Positions 11,001 through 23,600 of a stretch of 64,000 bases of DNA are shown here, in pieces. The stretch's first letter is position 1. The number at the start of each line of letters is the position of its first letter. A program made the translations under genes and the position numbers. Source of the DNA: an uncultured Candidatus Altimarinota bacterium (GTDB taxonomy: Bacteria; Patescibacteriota; Gracilibacteria; BD1-5; UBA6164); assembly GCA_963979005.1 (NCBI GenBank), contig CAXBVF010000001.1, positions 177 through 64,176 of the forward strand. The letters run 5' to 3'. The notes below the pieces were generated by a model. The model was not told the origin of the DNA. It searched no databases and worked only from the letters and a program-made list of their open reading frames with translations.

Positions 11001-12482
11001 GTTAATGATATATTTGAAAATACTGCTCCAAGTGATTTAAAAATAGCTGGTTTAGATGCAATAGATATAGCTGAAAATACTTCTACATGAGCTAATGTAT
11101 GAGCACTTTCGAATACTGATATAGATAATTCAGATACTCATACTTATTCCTTAGCAGTTTGAGCTTGAGATACTGATAATGGTCTTTTTAGAACTCATCT
11201 TGGTTCATTATTTATGGATTTTAAACCAGATTTTGAAAATCCAGTTGATACAGGTACAAACAACCAATATAATATTAGATTAAAAGTTACTGATAATAGT
11301 TGAGCAATTTTTGAAAAAGCATTTATTATATCTATTACTGATGTTTTTGAAAATACAGTGCCTACAGATACTAAAATAAATTCATTAAATGCAATTTCTG
11401 TAAATGAAAACATTACTTCATGATCTAATATATGAACATTATCAGTAGTTGATGGTGATATTTGAGACACATATACTTATTCATTATTAGCTTGAACTTG
11501 AGATGAAGATAATACACGTTTTACTATATCTTGAAATAGTCTTAGACTTGCATTTACACCAAACTTTGAATCTCCTATAGATTCTAATGCTAATAATATA
11601 TATAATATAAGAATTAGAGTTACTGATAGTGGATGACTTACATTTGATAAAGCATTTACAGTTACTGTATTAGATGTAAATGAAACAGTTGTTACTAGTA
11701 GTTGAGGTGGATGATCATCATGATGAGGTGGATGAGGTTGAGCAAAAGTATGTAGACAAGTTGAATTAGTTTGTAGAACAGCTCGTGCTACTTCTACTAG
11801 ATATAGAGTATATAGAGTAGAGTGAGCTTCTTGTTTAGCTGATTCTCTTTGAGATACTTGTGATCCTAAAACTTTTTGAACTGCAGATGCAGTTAAAGTT
11901 TCAAAAATAGCATTATATGTTTCTAAAAGTGAAAAAATTAATGAAATTGCAGTTAAGGTTGATGATATGATTAAAAAAGCTAAAAAACAAGCTGACGATG
12001 ATATTATTATTATGAGAAATGATGTAGTAAAAATAATCGAAGAGTATTTAGAAATATTAAAAACTAAAAATAAAGCAAAAATTGCTAGTGCTAAAGAAAA
12101 TCTAATAACAGAATTTAAAAAGTTTTTAGTTGAAGTTAAAAAGAAAAAAATTGTAATTGTAAAAGCTCCTAAACCTGTTGAAAAAACGGAAGACGAAGGA
12201 GTTGTAAAAGAAGAATGAGAGGAAGATGAAAGCTGAAAATATGTATCTCCTAATGATAGAATTAATGGTGTATGAGATAAACTAGATACACTTATTAAAG
12301 CAAAGAAGAAAGCTAATACTTGAACTATATTAGAAATGAGAAACTGACTGATGAAAGATTTAGAAGCTTATATGGTTTTATTACAAAGTAAAATCTCTGC
12401 TAGAACTAAAGCTATTCAGATAAAAATTTCTAAAAGAAATCTTATAAAAAAGATAAGAGCTTTTATGGCAGAAATTAAATAA
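8067..12482 (+). CDS. Giant surface protein: signal peptide, LamG-like lectin domain, 7 cadherin-like repeats, poly-Gly linker, coiled-coil tail
   Basis: 1471 aa with TGA=Gly. The N-terminal LRLWLESTSGVTGNTDGAKISLWTDKSGNGFDVSQ ... AEVLVYNKELPIEDIQVLESYLALKYGV is a typical LamG/ConA-like module. The repeats carry cadherin hallmarks (IDEN..., D.D..DTH.Y.L, VNDVNE..AP). Confidence 0.8.
9354..11687 (+). repeat. Seven tandem in-frame cadherin-like repeats (period 327-339 nt)
   Basis: Repeat units begin near 9354, 9681, 10020, 10353, 10692, 11025 and 11358. Each starts at (A/S)P(T/S)D/N and ends at V.DVNE/F. Confidence 0.8.
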
Positions 12483-12489
12483 TAAGAAA

Positions 12490-12519
12490 AACTCTTTAGA
12501 ATTTCTAAAGAGTTTTTTT
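12490..12519 (+). terminator. Intrinsic terminator after the cadherin-repeat gene
   Basis: aactctttag, loop aattt, ctaaagagtt, followed by a T-run. Confidence 0.65.
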
Positions 12520-12635
12520 AGTGTATTATTAGTAATATTTAATCAGTAAGTATTTAAATTAGATATTTCTTTACAAAATCAAAAAACTGCTTAAAATGTA
12601 TATCTAAATATTTTAAATTATTAATTTAAAAAAAT

Positions 12636-13667
12636 ATGAAAAAAACAATAAATATCTTGTTAGTAATGCTAATCACTTTTCTTTTGTCGTCATGTGTAAC
12701 TTCGCAAACAGATGTTAATCAAGCTAAACATGAGTTATGAATTATTGAATTAGAAGAAGATACTATCGATTCTTGAACTAATATTGATATGGAAATTGAA
12801 AAAGCTAAAGATGAAATAATTCAAGTCGATGAAATGTGAGAAGAAAAAAAAGAGGAAATTAAAAAATTTGAAATTATATCATTAACTGATGATCAATTTT
12901 TAGAATTTGATGATCTAACTAATGAAAATTTTCTTGATAGTGAGGTTGAAATTAAATGAAAAACTCTAGCTATTGTTGATAAAATAATAGTGACTTTTGT
13001 TAATGAAACGTCTGATTTTCCAGTTGATACTTATACTTTAAAACAATTTAGTTCATGAGACGAATCTTTTTTATATAGAGCTTTCTCTAGATATGAAACG
13101 TTAGATTATGGTAAAAATGTGTATGTATTTGAGGCACATTCATGAGTTAATGTAACTAAATTACAAATTATATTAAATGTAATTAAAGAAGAAGAAAAAG
13201 AAATTTCTGAAAAAGTAGAGGAAATATTTGAAGATGTTTCTTTAGATACGCTACCAGTGTCTTCTACTTTTTGAAATCCTACCTATTTATGAAGTGGGAA
13301 AGTATCGTATTCTGATCTAAAATGATTAGAAATTAAAAGAGATGTAAATTCAGATTTAACTTGTGATAATTTAACAAGTATTTTAGCTGATAAGTTAAAT
13401 GGGTGGTTTTTTTGGAACACATGTCGTCCTATAGAAGCTGATGAGGGTATAAGTTTTTTTGTTATTAGATTAGATGGAGAAGATTATATATACGAAAAAC
13501 ATTATTATCTTTCTTATGAATGAATATATTGAGTACAAGAGTTAGAAACATGAACTTGAGTAACGGCTGATAATATATGAGAAAAAAATAGTGAGTTAAA
13601 GGAATGAAATAAAGATTTTTCTATTTTAAATGTGAGTGATGATTTATTTATACAAATTTTAAAATAA
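12636..13667 (+). CDS. Hypothetical lipoprotein
   Basis: 343 aa with TGA=Gly. The signal peptide ends in the lipobox FLLSSC. I recognise no family. Confidence 0.55.
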
Positions 13668-13683
13668 TAATTAAACTATAAAT

Positions 13684-14382
13684 ATGAGAGTATTATTAAA
13701 AGTATCAGGGGAAGCATTATCTGGGGAAGAAGAGAAATGATTAGATTTTGTAATTCTAGATGAAGTATGAGAGCTTATAAAAAATTTAGTTATTCATAAT
13801 ATAGAGGTATGAATAGTTATTTGAGCCTGAAACTTTATTAGATGAGCTGAAATAGAAAAAATAAATATAGATAGATGTAATGCTGATAATATGTGAATGT
13901 TAGCTACAAATATTAATTCTATAGCTTTGTCTGATGTTCTTACTAGAAAGAACCTTGATGTAAAAGTTTTGAACTCTTTTTGAATAGATTGAATTGCTGA
14001 GAGATTTAATAAACCAAAGGCATTAAAAGATTTATCTAAATGAAAAGTTTTAATATTTTCTGGATGAACCTGAAATCCTTATTTCACTACTGATACAGCT
14101 TGAGTTTTAAGAGCCTTAGAAATAAACGCAGATCTAATGATAAAAGCTACAATGGTAGATTGAGTTTATGATAGGGATCCATTAAAATATCATGACGCAG
14201 AATTTATAAAAAATGCTACTTATGATGAAGTTTTAGCTAAAAATTTAAAAGTAATGGATATGACTGCTGTATCAATGGCAAAGGAGAATAATCTTACATT
14301 AAAAGTGGTTAGTCTTTACAAAAGTGAATCAATATTGAGGGCTATTTTATGAAATGATGAATGAAGTACTATTAGTTGATAA
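13684..14382 (+). CDS. pyrH: UMP kinase
   Basis: 232 aa. Contains LLKVSGEAL, VIGAGNFIRG, GGTGNPYFTTDTAGVLRA and VDGVYDRDP, which are diagnostic PyrH motifs once TGA=Gly is applied. Confidence 0.85.
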
Positions 14383-14399
14383 AAATCTTTTGACAAATC

Positions 14400-14427
14400 C
14401 TATCTTATCGATATGATATGCCAGCAA
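14400..14427 (+). promoter_or_regulatory. Candidate promoter of rpmH-rnpA-yidC
   Basis: TTGACA (14400-14405), 16 nt, TATGAT (14422-14427). Confidence 0.4.
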
Positions 14428-14498
14428 TTTTTAGAAGATTATATACACCTTTTAAAAGTTAAATCAAATTAATTTAAATTAATATATAAAAAATCAAA

Positions 14499-14744
14499 AT
14501 GTTAGGAAAATTAAAGAAAAGAAAAAGACTTAGAGTTCATGGTTTCCTTAAAAGAAGTTCATCTGTTTGAGGTAGAAATGTATTAAAAAACAGAAGAAGA
14601 AAAGGTAGACATCAATTAACTGTGTCTTATCCAAAAAGATATCAAGAAATTAATGGTAAACCAAAAATGCATATTATTGCATGAGGAACTGCAAGAAAAT
14701 CACCTTTTGATGGAAAAGGGAATTATATTGTTAGAAAAAAATAA
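14499..14744 (+). CDS. rpmH: Ribosomal protein L34 with a C-terminal extension of about 37 aa
   Basis: [42 protein letters not shown] matches canonical L34. The frame stays open for another 38 codons to TAA 14742-14744. Confidence 0.8.
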
Positions 14745-14762
14745 TAACAAACATAGAAAATC

Positions 14763-15101
14763 GTGATTTCAAAAAGAAATAGATTATCAGAAAGAGAAGT
14801 AAAAAAGGTTTTGACTAGGTGAAAACCTTTTTTTTCTTATTGAATTGTTTTAAATTACATGAAAAATAAGCTTAATTACAATAGATATGCTATAGTAATA
14901 TGATGAAAATCAGTTAATACTAATGTGTCTAGGAACTTTTTTAGAAGAACTTATTACGATATTGTTTCTGATAATTTAGAATCCAAGAATTGAATTGATT
15001 TTGTTTTTGTAGTTAAAAAGCAAACGAAATTGGACAAAAAGGATGAAAATAGTATAAATTCATTTAAGAAAGATATTAAATTTTTATTAAATAAAATATA
15101 G
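14763..15101 (+). CDS. rnpA: RNase P protein component
   Basis: 112 aa with a GTG start. The protein is basic. Its position between rpmH and yidC is the conserved one. Similarity to RnpA is weak, so the call rests mainly on context. Confidence 0.65.
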
Positions 15102-15105
15102 GAGG

Positions 15106-16269
15106 ATGAAAAAATTTTTAGACATTTTATTAATAGTTTTACTTACAGTATTAGTTATTAATATATTTAGTGATAAAGGGGAAGTAAAACTAAATAATAC
15201 ACTTACATTTGAGTTTAGTGATAATGATTATACTATTCCTGCTTCTATATTAATAAATGTTGAAAATAATACTGCTGAAACTGTTAGTTTCAATACATGT
15301 AATGATATAGATATAAAATCTGCATGAGAAACTATTGTATTTTCAGATAGTTTCTGTAAAGATATTATTTTAGAATCAGCTTCTTGAACTATAATAGATT
15401 ATTCTTCTGAATATAAACAGTTTCAAAATATATGAAACTATAACTTAAATGTATCATATTGAGAAAAAGAATATTTTGACCAATTTTTATTAGAAAATAG
15501 TTGATCATTTAAAAAAATATTTGTATGATTATTCTATGCTCCAATATATAATTTAATGATATTTTTACTTAGTTTCTTTTGATGAGTATTCTGATGGGCT
15601 ATAGTGTCAATTACCGTAATTATTAGAATAGTTTTACTATTGCCTCAACATAAAATGATGCTTAGTCAGAAAAAACTTCAGGCAGTTCAACCAAAAATCA
15701 AAGAAATACAAGAAAAATATAAGTGAAATCAACAAATGCTTGGAATGAAACTTATGGAATTGTATAAAAAGGAAAAAGTAAATCCTATGGGTTCTTGTGG
15801 GCTATTACTTATTCAAATGCCAATATTATTGGTAATATATAATATTATATTATCTATAAAAGATCCTTCTAATTTCTTTTATACTTATGCCTTTTTAGCA
15901 GATTTTAAATTAGATTCTATAAAATTTGGTTTCTTTTGATTAGATTTATTAGCTTCTGGATGAATTGCGGGTGCTCTATTGGCTATAAGTGTTGCAACTG
16001 TTCAATTTTTTCAAATAAGATTATCTTTAGCTAATAAAAAAGATTCTGATTCAAAATGAGTTGTATTAGAAAAAAAGAAATGAAAAGACTGATATAGTCA
16101 ATTTATGCCTGATCCTGAAGTAATGAATAAATTTATGCTATATTGAATGCCGGCAATGGTATGAATATTTACATTTACTTTATTCGCTTGAGTATGAGTG
16201 TATTGGGGGATATCAACATTATTTATGTTATTTCAACAATTAATTGTTAATAAAATAATAAAAAAGTAA
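15106..16269 (+). CDS. yidC: Membrane protein insertase YidC
   Basis: 387 aa. Contains [65 protein letters not shown], the signature YidC/Oxa1 core. Follows rnpA. Confidence 0.85.
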
Positions 16270-16345
16270 AGTCGAAATGTTAAAAACTTTAGTAGTTTTT
16301 AACATTTTTATTAATATGTATATATTATTATTAAATTTTAAAACT

Positions 16346-17020
16346 ATGACTAAAAAATTATTAGCTATTCTTTCTTTATTGGTTGTTTCTACTTCATCAC
16401 TTTCTGCATATGAAGAAATTGAATGTAGTACAGATACAGTATTCTCAGAATATTCATGTAATCAATGTTTTACATGAGAATCTAAATCAGAATGAGATCT
16501 TTTAGGTCTACTAAGTGATGTATGGATGAATGTTACTGAAGTTCAAAAAATCTTATATAAAGAAGAACAATTAGACCCAGAAATGATTAGTTTAGATACA
16601 ACTAATGTTACTTGGATAGAAACTCCTGATTCAAATGGTTTTTGGGAATATACTGATGAATTTAACGAATTATATAGTGATATAGAAGAATGATATATTC
16701 TAGATGCTGGTAAATCAGTAACATGGATTAAATCAAACTTATCTCATGCTTATAAATTAGAAAGAAATACTGCTGACGCAGGAGAAAACATTGGTTTACT
16801 TGTTTATCCTATATCTACTCATAATATATTAGCAGATGGGGAAATTACTATAGATAACTCTGAACATAAAGAATGTGTACTTTTTAAATCAGCTGAAGCA
16901 GGTGAAGAACCTGAAACTCCAGAAAGATTACCAGAAACTGGACCTTCAGAATTTATACTACTAGCAATTCTTGCTATGATTCTAGGGTTTGGAATAGTTA
17001 AATTTAGAACAAAGTCATAA
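16346..17020 (+). CDS. Sortase-anchored (LPETG) surface protein
   Basis: 224 aa with a signal peptide (MTKKLLAILSLLVVSTSSLSA). The C-terminus LPETGPSEFILLAILAMILGFGIVKFRTKS is an LPXTG motif plus hydrophobic helix plus basic tail. Confidence 0.7.
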
Positions 17021-17030
17021 TAATAAATTA

Positions 17031-17063
17031 AAAGATAGATTTTTGAAAAATCTATCTTTTTTT
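17031..17063 (+). terminator. Intrinsic terminator
   Basis: Palindrome aaagatagatttt tga aaaatctatcttt, followed by a T-run. Confidence 0.6.
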
Positions 17064-17174
17064 GTCCAGAGAATTATAAATAATAAATAGTCAAGATGTT
17101 TTTTTTGAGTTTTTTATAATAAATATGATATTATATAAAGGTATATAAAAATATTAATTAATAATTTCATAGTT

Positions 17175-20100
17175 ATGATACATATAGTAGCTCAATATAG
17201 ACAACTTTTTTTAAATTTTGTAGTTAACTCTTTTGAAAATAAACCTTTCAGTGGAATGTCTGTACATGATAAAGTAAATTGATGAGTAACACCTGAGGAT
17301 TTACAAAAATTTCTTGATTGAACTGATAAACCTTCAGAGAAGTCTAAAATTGAATATTCAAGAGGAGATTTTATGAATGAATTAAATGAAGTACTTAAAA
17401 ATAAAGAAATTACACCTAATGATGCTGAAAATCTTTTATATGGTATTTCACGTTTAAAACAAAAAGGTGAAAAAATAAGATATAAAAAATCTAGTGTATT
17501 AATTTTGCGTGAGATGTGAGTTAGTTGATCTAAAGATTGATCATGGATGAGTGAAAAAAGCTTAATTAAAGAATTACAAAGTATTGTAGATTCAAAACTT
17601 ATTTCTAGAGTTACTCCAAAAAATCCTGAGATAAAAAAACTTGATACTAAAAGAATAATAGAAAAAGCAGAAATTAAAAAAGATACTAAAAAAGAGACAA
17701 AAATTTTGAATGAAGAAGTGATTTCTACAGATGTATTTCGTAGAACATTAAGAAAATGATCAAGACCTGGTCCTGATATTATGGCTCTTCAAAAATTTTT
17801 AAATGTAAAAGTTACATCAAAATTTGATCAAGCAACAGTAGATGCATTAAAAACATATCAAGAAACTATTTACTGAAAATGACATAAATATGTAGATGGA
17901 GTATTATCAAAAAATGGTAAAACATTAAAAACAATAAAAAAATCATTAGATTATAAATGATCAGCTACAAATGTTTACACTAGAGAAGCTAGTTCAGTTC
18001 AAGTCAAAGAATCTGTAAACAAATCTATGTCTAGAATGGATGCTTTACAAAAATTAAATAAGAATAGTGATCAATTTTACAAAGCTTTAGAAGCTTATCA
18101 TGATGGTTGATTTAGGGATAATATTGTATCAGATATGTGATCATTATTATGACATTTTAGAGAAGCTGTTTGATCTAATGAAGCTAGTGAATATTTTAAA
18201 AAAATGAAATGAATTAAAGAAGAAATTTCACAAAATGATGATAAATTTAATAACGAGTTAAATGAATTGTTAAAATTATGATTAAAAAATAATAAATTAG
18301 CGGATGGAACTGAATATACAGCTAGACAAAAAACTACAGCTAAATATATTGCTAGAGATGTAGTTATTTGAGCTGTTCTTTGAGATGTACCTTTATTTGA
18401 TTTAAGATTAAATTTTGCAAAGAATCTAATCTCTCATGGTGTCCCTATGGATAAAGCCTTAGTTTTTAAAAATTGGGTAAAATGATGAATGGTTGATACA
18501 CCTGATTATAGTCAAGAAAATTTAGATAATGTTTCTTGAAAAGATGCATTAGTTAGCCTTTGAAAGTTGAGATCAACTTTAACAGCATATGGCTTTAGTG
18601 CTAAAGAGATAGACTTTACATTAAATGGAGATTTGGAAAAATTAACAAATAAACAAAAAGAAACATTACAAACTATTATAAAAAATAGAATCATTCCTGA
18701 CTTAGAAACTCTAAATATTGGATGATTTAACTTTATAGAAAGATGGTTTGATAATAAAGATAATCAAATAGAAAATAAATTAAAAAAATTAACTTGAAAA
18801 AAACATTTATTAGATATAAAGGCTACAAGAAAATTTAGTAATGCTAATGTAGAAAAATATGATGTAACATTAGAAAAAGTAGGTAAATTTTATATTTTAG
18901 AAGTGGATGATCATTGATCAAATACTAATAAAATATTTGATTCTATGCCTAGTGAAAGTGATATTACAAATTCAATTAATGAATATAATAAATGAGATAA
19001 AAAATCATACGCAGATTGATGGAATGAACCAAAATCTATTAGCACTTCTACAGATTTCTTAGATGACGAAAAAGAAATGAGAAATTTTGGAGTATTTAAA
19101 ATATGAAATACATGAGCTCATATAATAAGAAGTTGAGAAAAATATAAGTATTTTACTCAAAAACCTAGTCAACAAGATATAGATAATGCAAATGATAATT
19201 TTGATAATGAATCTGATAATTGATTTGCAAATAATCTAGATCTAGCTTTAAACTCAGATTTATCTTTATCTGATATATTTGATGATATTTGATCAATTGT
19301 TAGCTTATTAGATGAACAACATAAAGAAGGATGATTTTTTGGAACTGAAGAATGACTTGAAAAAGGATTAAAAGATGTTAAATGAAAAATTGATTATTCT
19401 CAATGAATTCATGGTGAATATAAATTTGCAAAAAGAGCTATGAGTATACTTGAAAAAAAGAATACTACATTGTTTAAAAGATTTTCTATGTTATCAGTTT
19501 TTGAATCATCTGATGAATTTTTAAAAGCTTTTCCAACAAATGATGAAGTTAGGACTTCAATATTAATGCTGAACTCAGCAAATAATGACCATGAATATAT
19601 AGATATACTACAAAATATAAATACAAATCCAAAAGTTAGAGAATATTTCGATATTGTATTAAATGCTAATAAAAATAATGCTTGAATGAAAGCATGGAAA
19701 GAATATAGAGTAAGTAATATTCCAAAATTTTCTGGATTAACTCGTATAAATGAAAGTTCTAAAAGAAAATTTAAGTATGGTCCTAAATTGGATATATCAA
19801 ATGACTTAGGTTATAGTGTCAAAGAAATGAGAAAAGATATTTTAAGTCATTTAAAAGGAGAAACTACTTATCCAGAAAAGAGTAGTAAAGCAATGGATGT
19901 TTTATGAAATATCCTAGCTTGAATTATTGATAAACAGTGATTTACTGATATTACTTATGAAGATTTAGAAAATTCTATTGCTAATAATATGATTCCAGTT
20001 AATATTGAAACCTTTAGATGAAATTCTGCTATAAATACAGCTAAAACTATATGAAATTCAAATCATGATAATTCAAAATGAATTGATTATTTAATGGATA

Positions 20101-20444
20101 CAAAATGAGACAAATTTGTATTAAAATCTACAATTGATAAAGAAATAACTTTATATACAAAGGATTGAAGAAAAGTAACAGCGACTAAAACATATACTAT
20201 ATATCTTAGACCAGAATGTTCTAACTTAATGATAATGCCTACATGAGTTAAATTATCAGAAAAGCTTACTACAGCAGATTTTAATATGGACGTATCAAGT
20301 CTTAAAACATATACTGTTCCAGTTACATTGAATTTACTTAAATCTGCTTTGGATGGGCTTGAAAGTTGAGAAGTAGCGTGAAGTAGAACTGTAGATGATG
20401 CTCCAATTGAAATTCCTATTGTTCCGAGCCAACCAAGTTTATAA
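17175..20444 (+). CDS. Large hypothetical protein (1089 aa) with one peptidoglycan-binding-like module
   Basis: The frame is open with TGA=Gly and links three track fragments (17547, 19440, 19686). GPDIMALQKFLNVKVTSKFDQATVDALKTYQETIYGKGHKYVDGVLSKNGKTL resembles a PG_binding_1 repeat. I see no obvious signal peptide. Confidence 0.6.
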
Positions 20445-20470
20445 AATATTAATTTATTATTAAAATATTT

Positions 20471-20656
20471 ATGAAAAATATATTATATATATTAGTTATG
20501 ATTCTTATTATTTCTTCTTGTTGAAAAGTTGATAATAATGATATTATATTGCCTGTTGATATTAATATGACAGGAGTAATAGATAATGAAATAGAGATTG
20601 AATCAGAAGATGATACAATTGTAATTCCAGAGGTTGAAAATCAACCAAATTATTAA
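20471..20656 (+). CDS. Small acidic lipoprotein
   Basis: 61 aa. MKNILYILVMILIISSCGK contains a lipobox. The rest of the protein is Asp/Glu-rich. Confidence 0.4.
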
Positions 20657-20669
20657 TTAAAAGAGAGAG

Positions 20670-23600
20670 ATGAAAAATTTATTAAAAATAGTTGTATTTA
20701 TATTTATTACATTATCTATGGCTAGTAGTGCTAATGCTATTAATGTAGGTATAACTAGTCATGAAACTACTAGTTGTCCATGAGATAATAATGATGTAAC
20801 TTATTATATTTCTTGAAATTCTTATGAAAGATTTTTAGGTGATATGTTTTGGACGTCTGATGATAGATATATTTCTACGAACTCTGATGTTACTATTTGG
20901 TATTCAGATCCAAATTTATTATCAGGTTGTAATAGTTCATCTGATTGGTCAAGAATAAGTTCACTTTCACCTGGTTCTAATACTGAAGTATTGGCTTTAT
21001 GAGCTAATTGTACATTTAATAAACCTACAGATAAAAATAATAGAACTTTACAATTTGTATATAATATAAAATATTATGATATCATATCTGGTTGAGGTGC
21101 TTCAATTTGAGATTGGGACCTTGCCTATTTTTTAAATACTACGGAAGCAAATGATAATACACCACATTTTTGATCATATACAAATGTTGGTTTTGATAAT
21201 GAATTAACTCATGACAATGAATGTTTTAATGTAGAACTTAGGTATTGTTGAGATGAAATTAGAGAAGCTACGGAATGAGAACAATGTGATGACTGAAATA
21301 ATATAAATTGAGATTGATGTAGTGCAACTTGTCAAACGGAACCAGTATGTAATAGCCTTACAGTTACTCCTGCTAGTTGATTACCAGGATTTAATACAGT
21401 TCTTAGCTGTAATTGAAATACTTCAACATATAGAATTGAAGTTGCAAATAATAATTGAACTATCATCGATTCTATTAATTCAAATTTTTGGAATTTATCA
21501 TTTTCAGATGTATGAACTTATACAGCTACTTGTTATGTTGCTTGAATAACTAGCCCAGCATGTACTAAAACTATTACAGTTACTCCTCCGGCATGTACTG
21601 CATGAACAATTACATGAGTTCAAACTTCAGCAATAGATGGATCTATTCCATGACTATGTCCAATAAATACTACAGCGGCAAATTTTGTAGAAGTAGTAAA
21701 TTGAACACTTTCAACTTATACATGGACATGTGATTGACTAGTATGATGAAATTGTAGTGCAAGTTATGATACTAATCCTGGTAACTGTACTGCTTGAACA
21801 ATTACATGAGTACAGAATGATGCACTTGATGGTACTGAAACATGATATTGTTCTTCAGGAACTTTTTGAGATTTTTTAGCAACAGTAAATTGAATTACAA
21901 CAAACTATACATGGTCTTGTGATTGAGAAACATGATGAACATGTAATGCAAGTTATTCTAATAATAATGGAGGTAATTGTATAGCTTGAACTACAAGTTG
22001 AGAGCAAAATTCTCCTATAAATTCAACAAATGTAGGATTATGTCCAGTATGACAAACTTCAGCAGATTTTTTATCTACACTAAATGGAACTATAACTAGT
22101 TATTCTTGGTCATGTGATTGAGAAGTATGATGAACATGTTGAGCTTATTATGATAGTTCTATAAATCATGTATGTGAAGCTTGAACGATAACTTGATTAC
22201 AAACTTCTCGTGTTTATCAGACTAGTACAGGACTATGTCCAGTGTGACAAACTGCTTGAAATTTTGTAACAAGTGTATCATGAAATAGATCTAGTTATAC
22301 ATGGGGATGTAATTGATTATCATGATGAAATTGTAGTGCAAGTTATGTAAGTGGATGATGAACTAGTGCATGTATATCTTGAGGAGTTTCATGAACAGTT
22401 TCTAGTCGTATAGATGTAACTACACCAAATTTGTGTCCTACATGAGAAATTGCGAGATGATTTCAAGCTACATTAGTAGGAAATACAATAAATTATTTAT
22501 GGACATGTAATTGAAGAAATTGAGGAAGTTGTCATGCTGATTATACAAGTGGATGAGGATGAGGAGGTTGAACATTTTGTTGAGATGGTTGATTACAAAG
22601 GCCTAATGATGATTCTATTTTAGAAGAATGTGATTTCTGATCTGGTACTTGGCCACTATGGTGTACTAGTTCTTGTCAAATTACAAATACTACAATGCCA
22701 AATTCTGGTCTATGAGAAATAACAATTCCATGAGGATGATCTTTTGATTTTTGACCAATTGATAATATTCTTATTTGAGTTTGAATGAATCCTTTTATAA
22801 CTCATGATTTAATACCATTTGTTACAAATAATTCAAGTTATGATTTTTATCTTTCAAAATTGTGTGTAAAATGAATTTGAACTTCTGTATCTTGAGCTGA
22901 GGATTGTAGGTCTATAAGTTTTTTACCTGCAACTTGAACTTATACATTTAATTCTTATCCAATTATTAAGTGAATAAATAACTTTATTGATTGAACTTCA
23001 TATTCAGATAATGAAATAAAAACTTATTTAGAAGATTCAAATTGAGATAGTTCATATAATGAAGCAATTTTAGATGTAAGAGTATCTAGACCTTCAATAT
23101 CTACAGTTTGAGGATGAACTACTTATTTACAAGATACTTCGGATATAGCAAATATTAATAATGTAGCTGATAATGATACTGAAAATAAAAACTTTGTTTG
23201 AGTATGAGTAGATACTGGTGATAACTCAAGTTATTCCGATGATATAGATGATAGTGATTTAATAGATGAAGTAGTAGAAGAATGAGAAGATTATTCGTCA
23301 GGTGTTTTAGATGATGTAATAGTAACGGTTAGTAATTTATGACCTGGTACTATGAGTAATTTTGAAAGTTATAACTGAATAGCTAATGTAAATATATTAA
23401 AAGATTATGACTTTGATATCACTTGAGGACAATGAACTAGTTTTCCTTCTGGATCAAGAACATATATAATTGAAAATTGAGATTTAACTATAAGTGAAAA
23501 TATAGAATTTTCTGACAATATAGCATTCATAGTTAAATGATGAAATATTATTATTAAAAATAATGTTACAAGAATTGATTGAACTTATATTACAATCTGA

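Noticed and set aside
9354-11687. Regular tandem repeats at 9354-11687 and 21594-22570 as possible CRISPR arrays or satellite DNA.
   Set aside because: The periods (about 333 nt and about 192 nt) are multiples of three and in frame within long CDSs. The units are diverged protein-domain repeats with no short identical direct repeats or spacers. No cas genes are present.
13684-16269. A replication origin next to rpmH-rnpA-yidC.
   Set aside because: There is no dnaA or dnaN in the window, and I saw no cluster of TTATCCACA-like boxes. rpmH is preceded by pyrH with an ordinary promoter.
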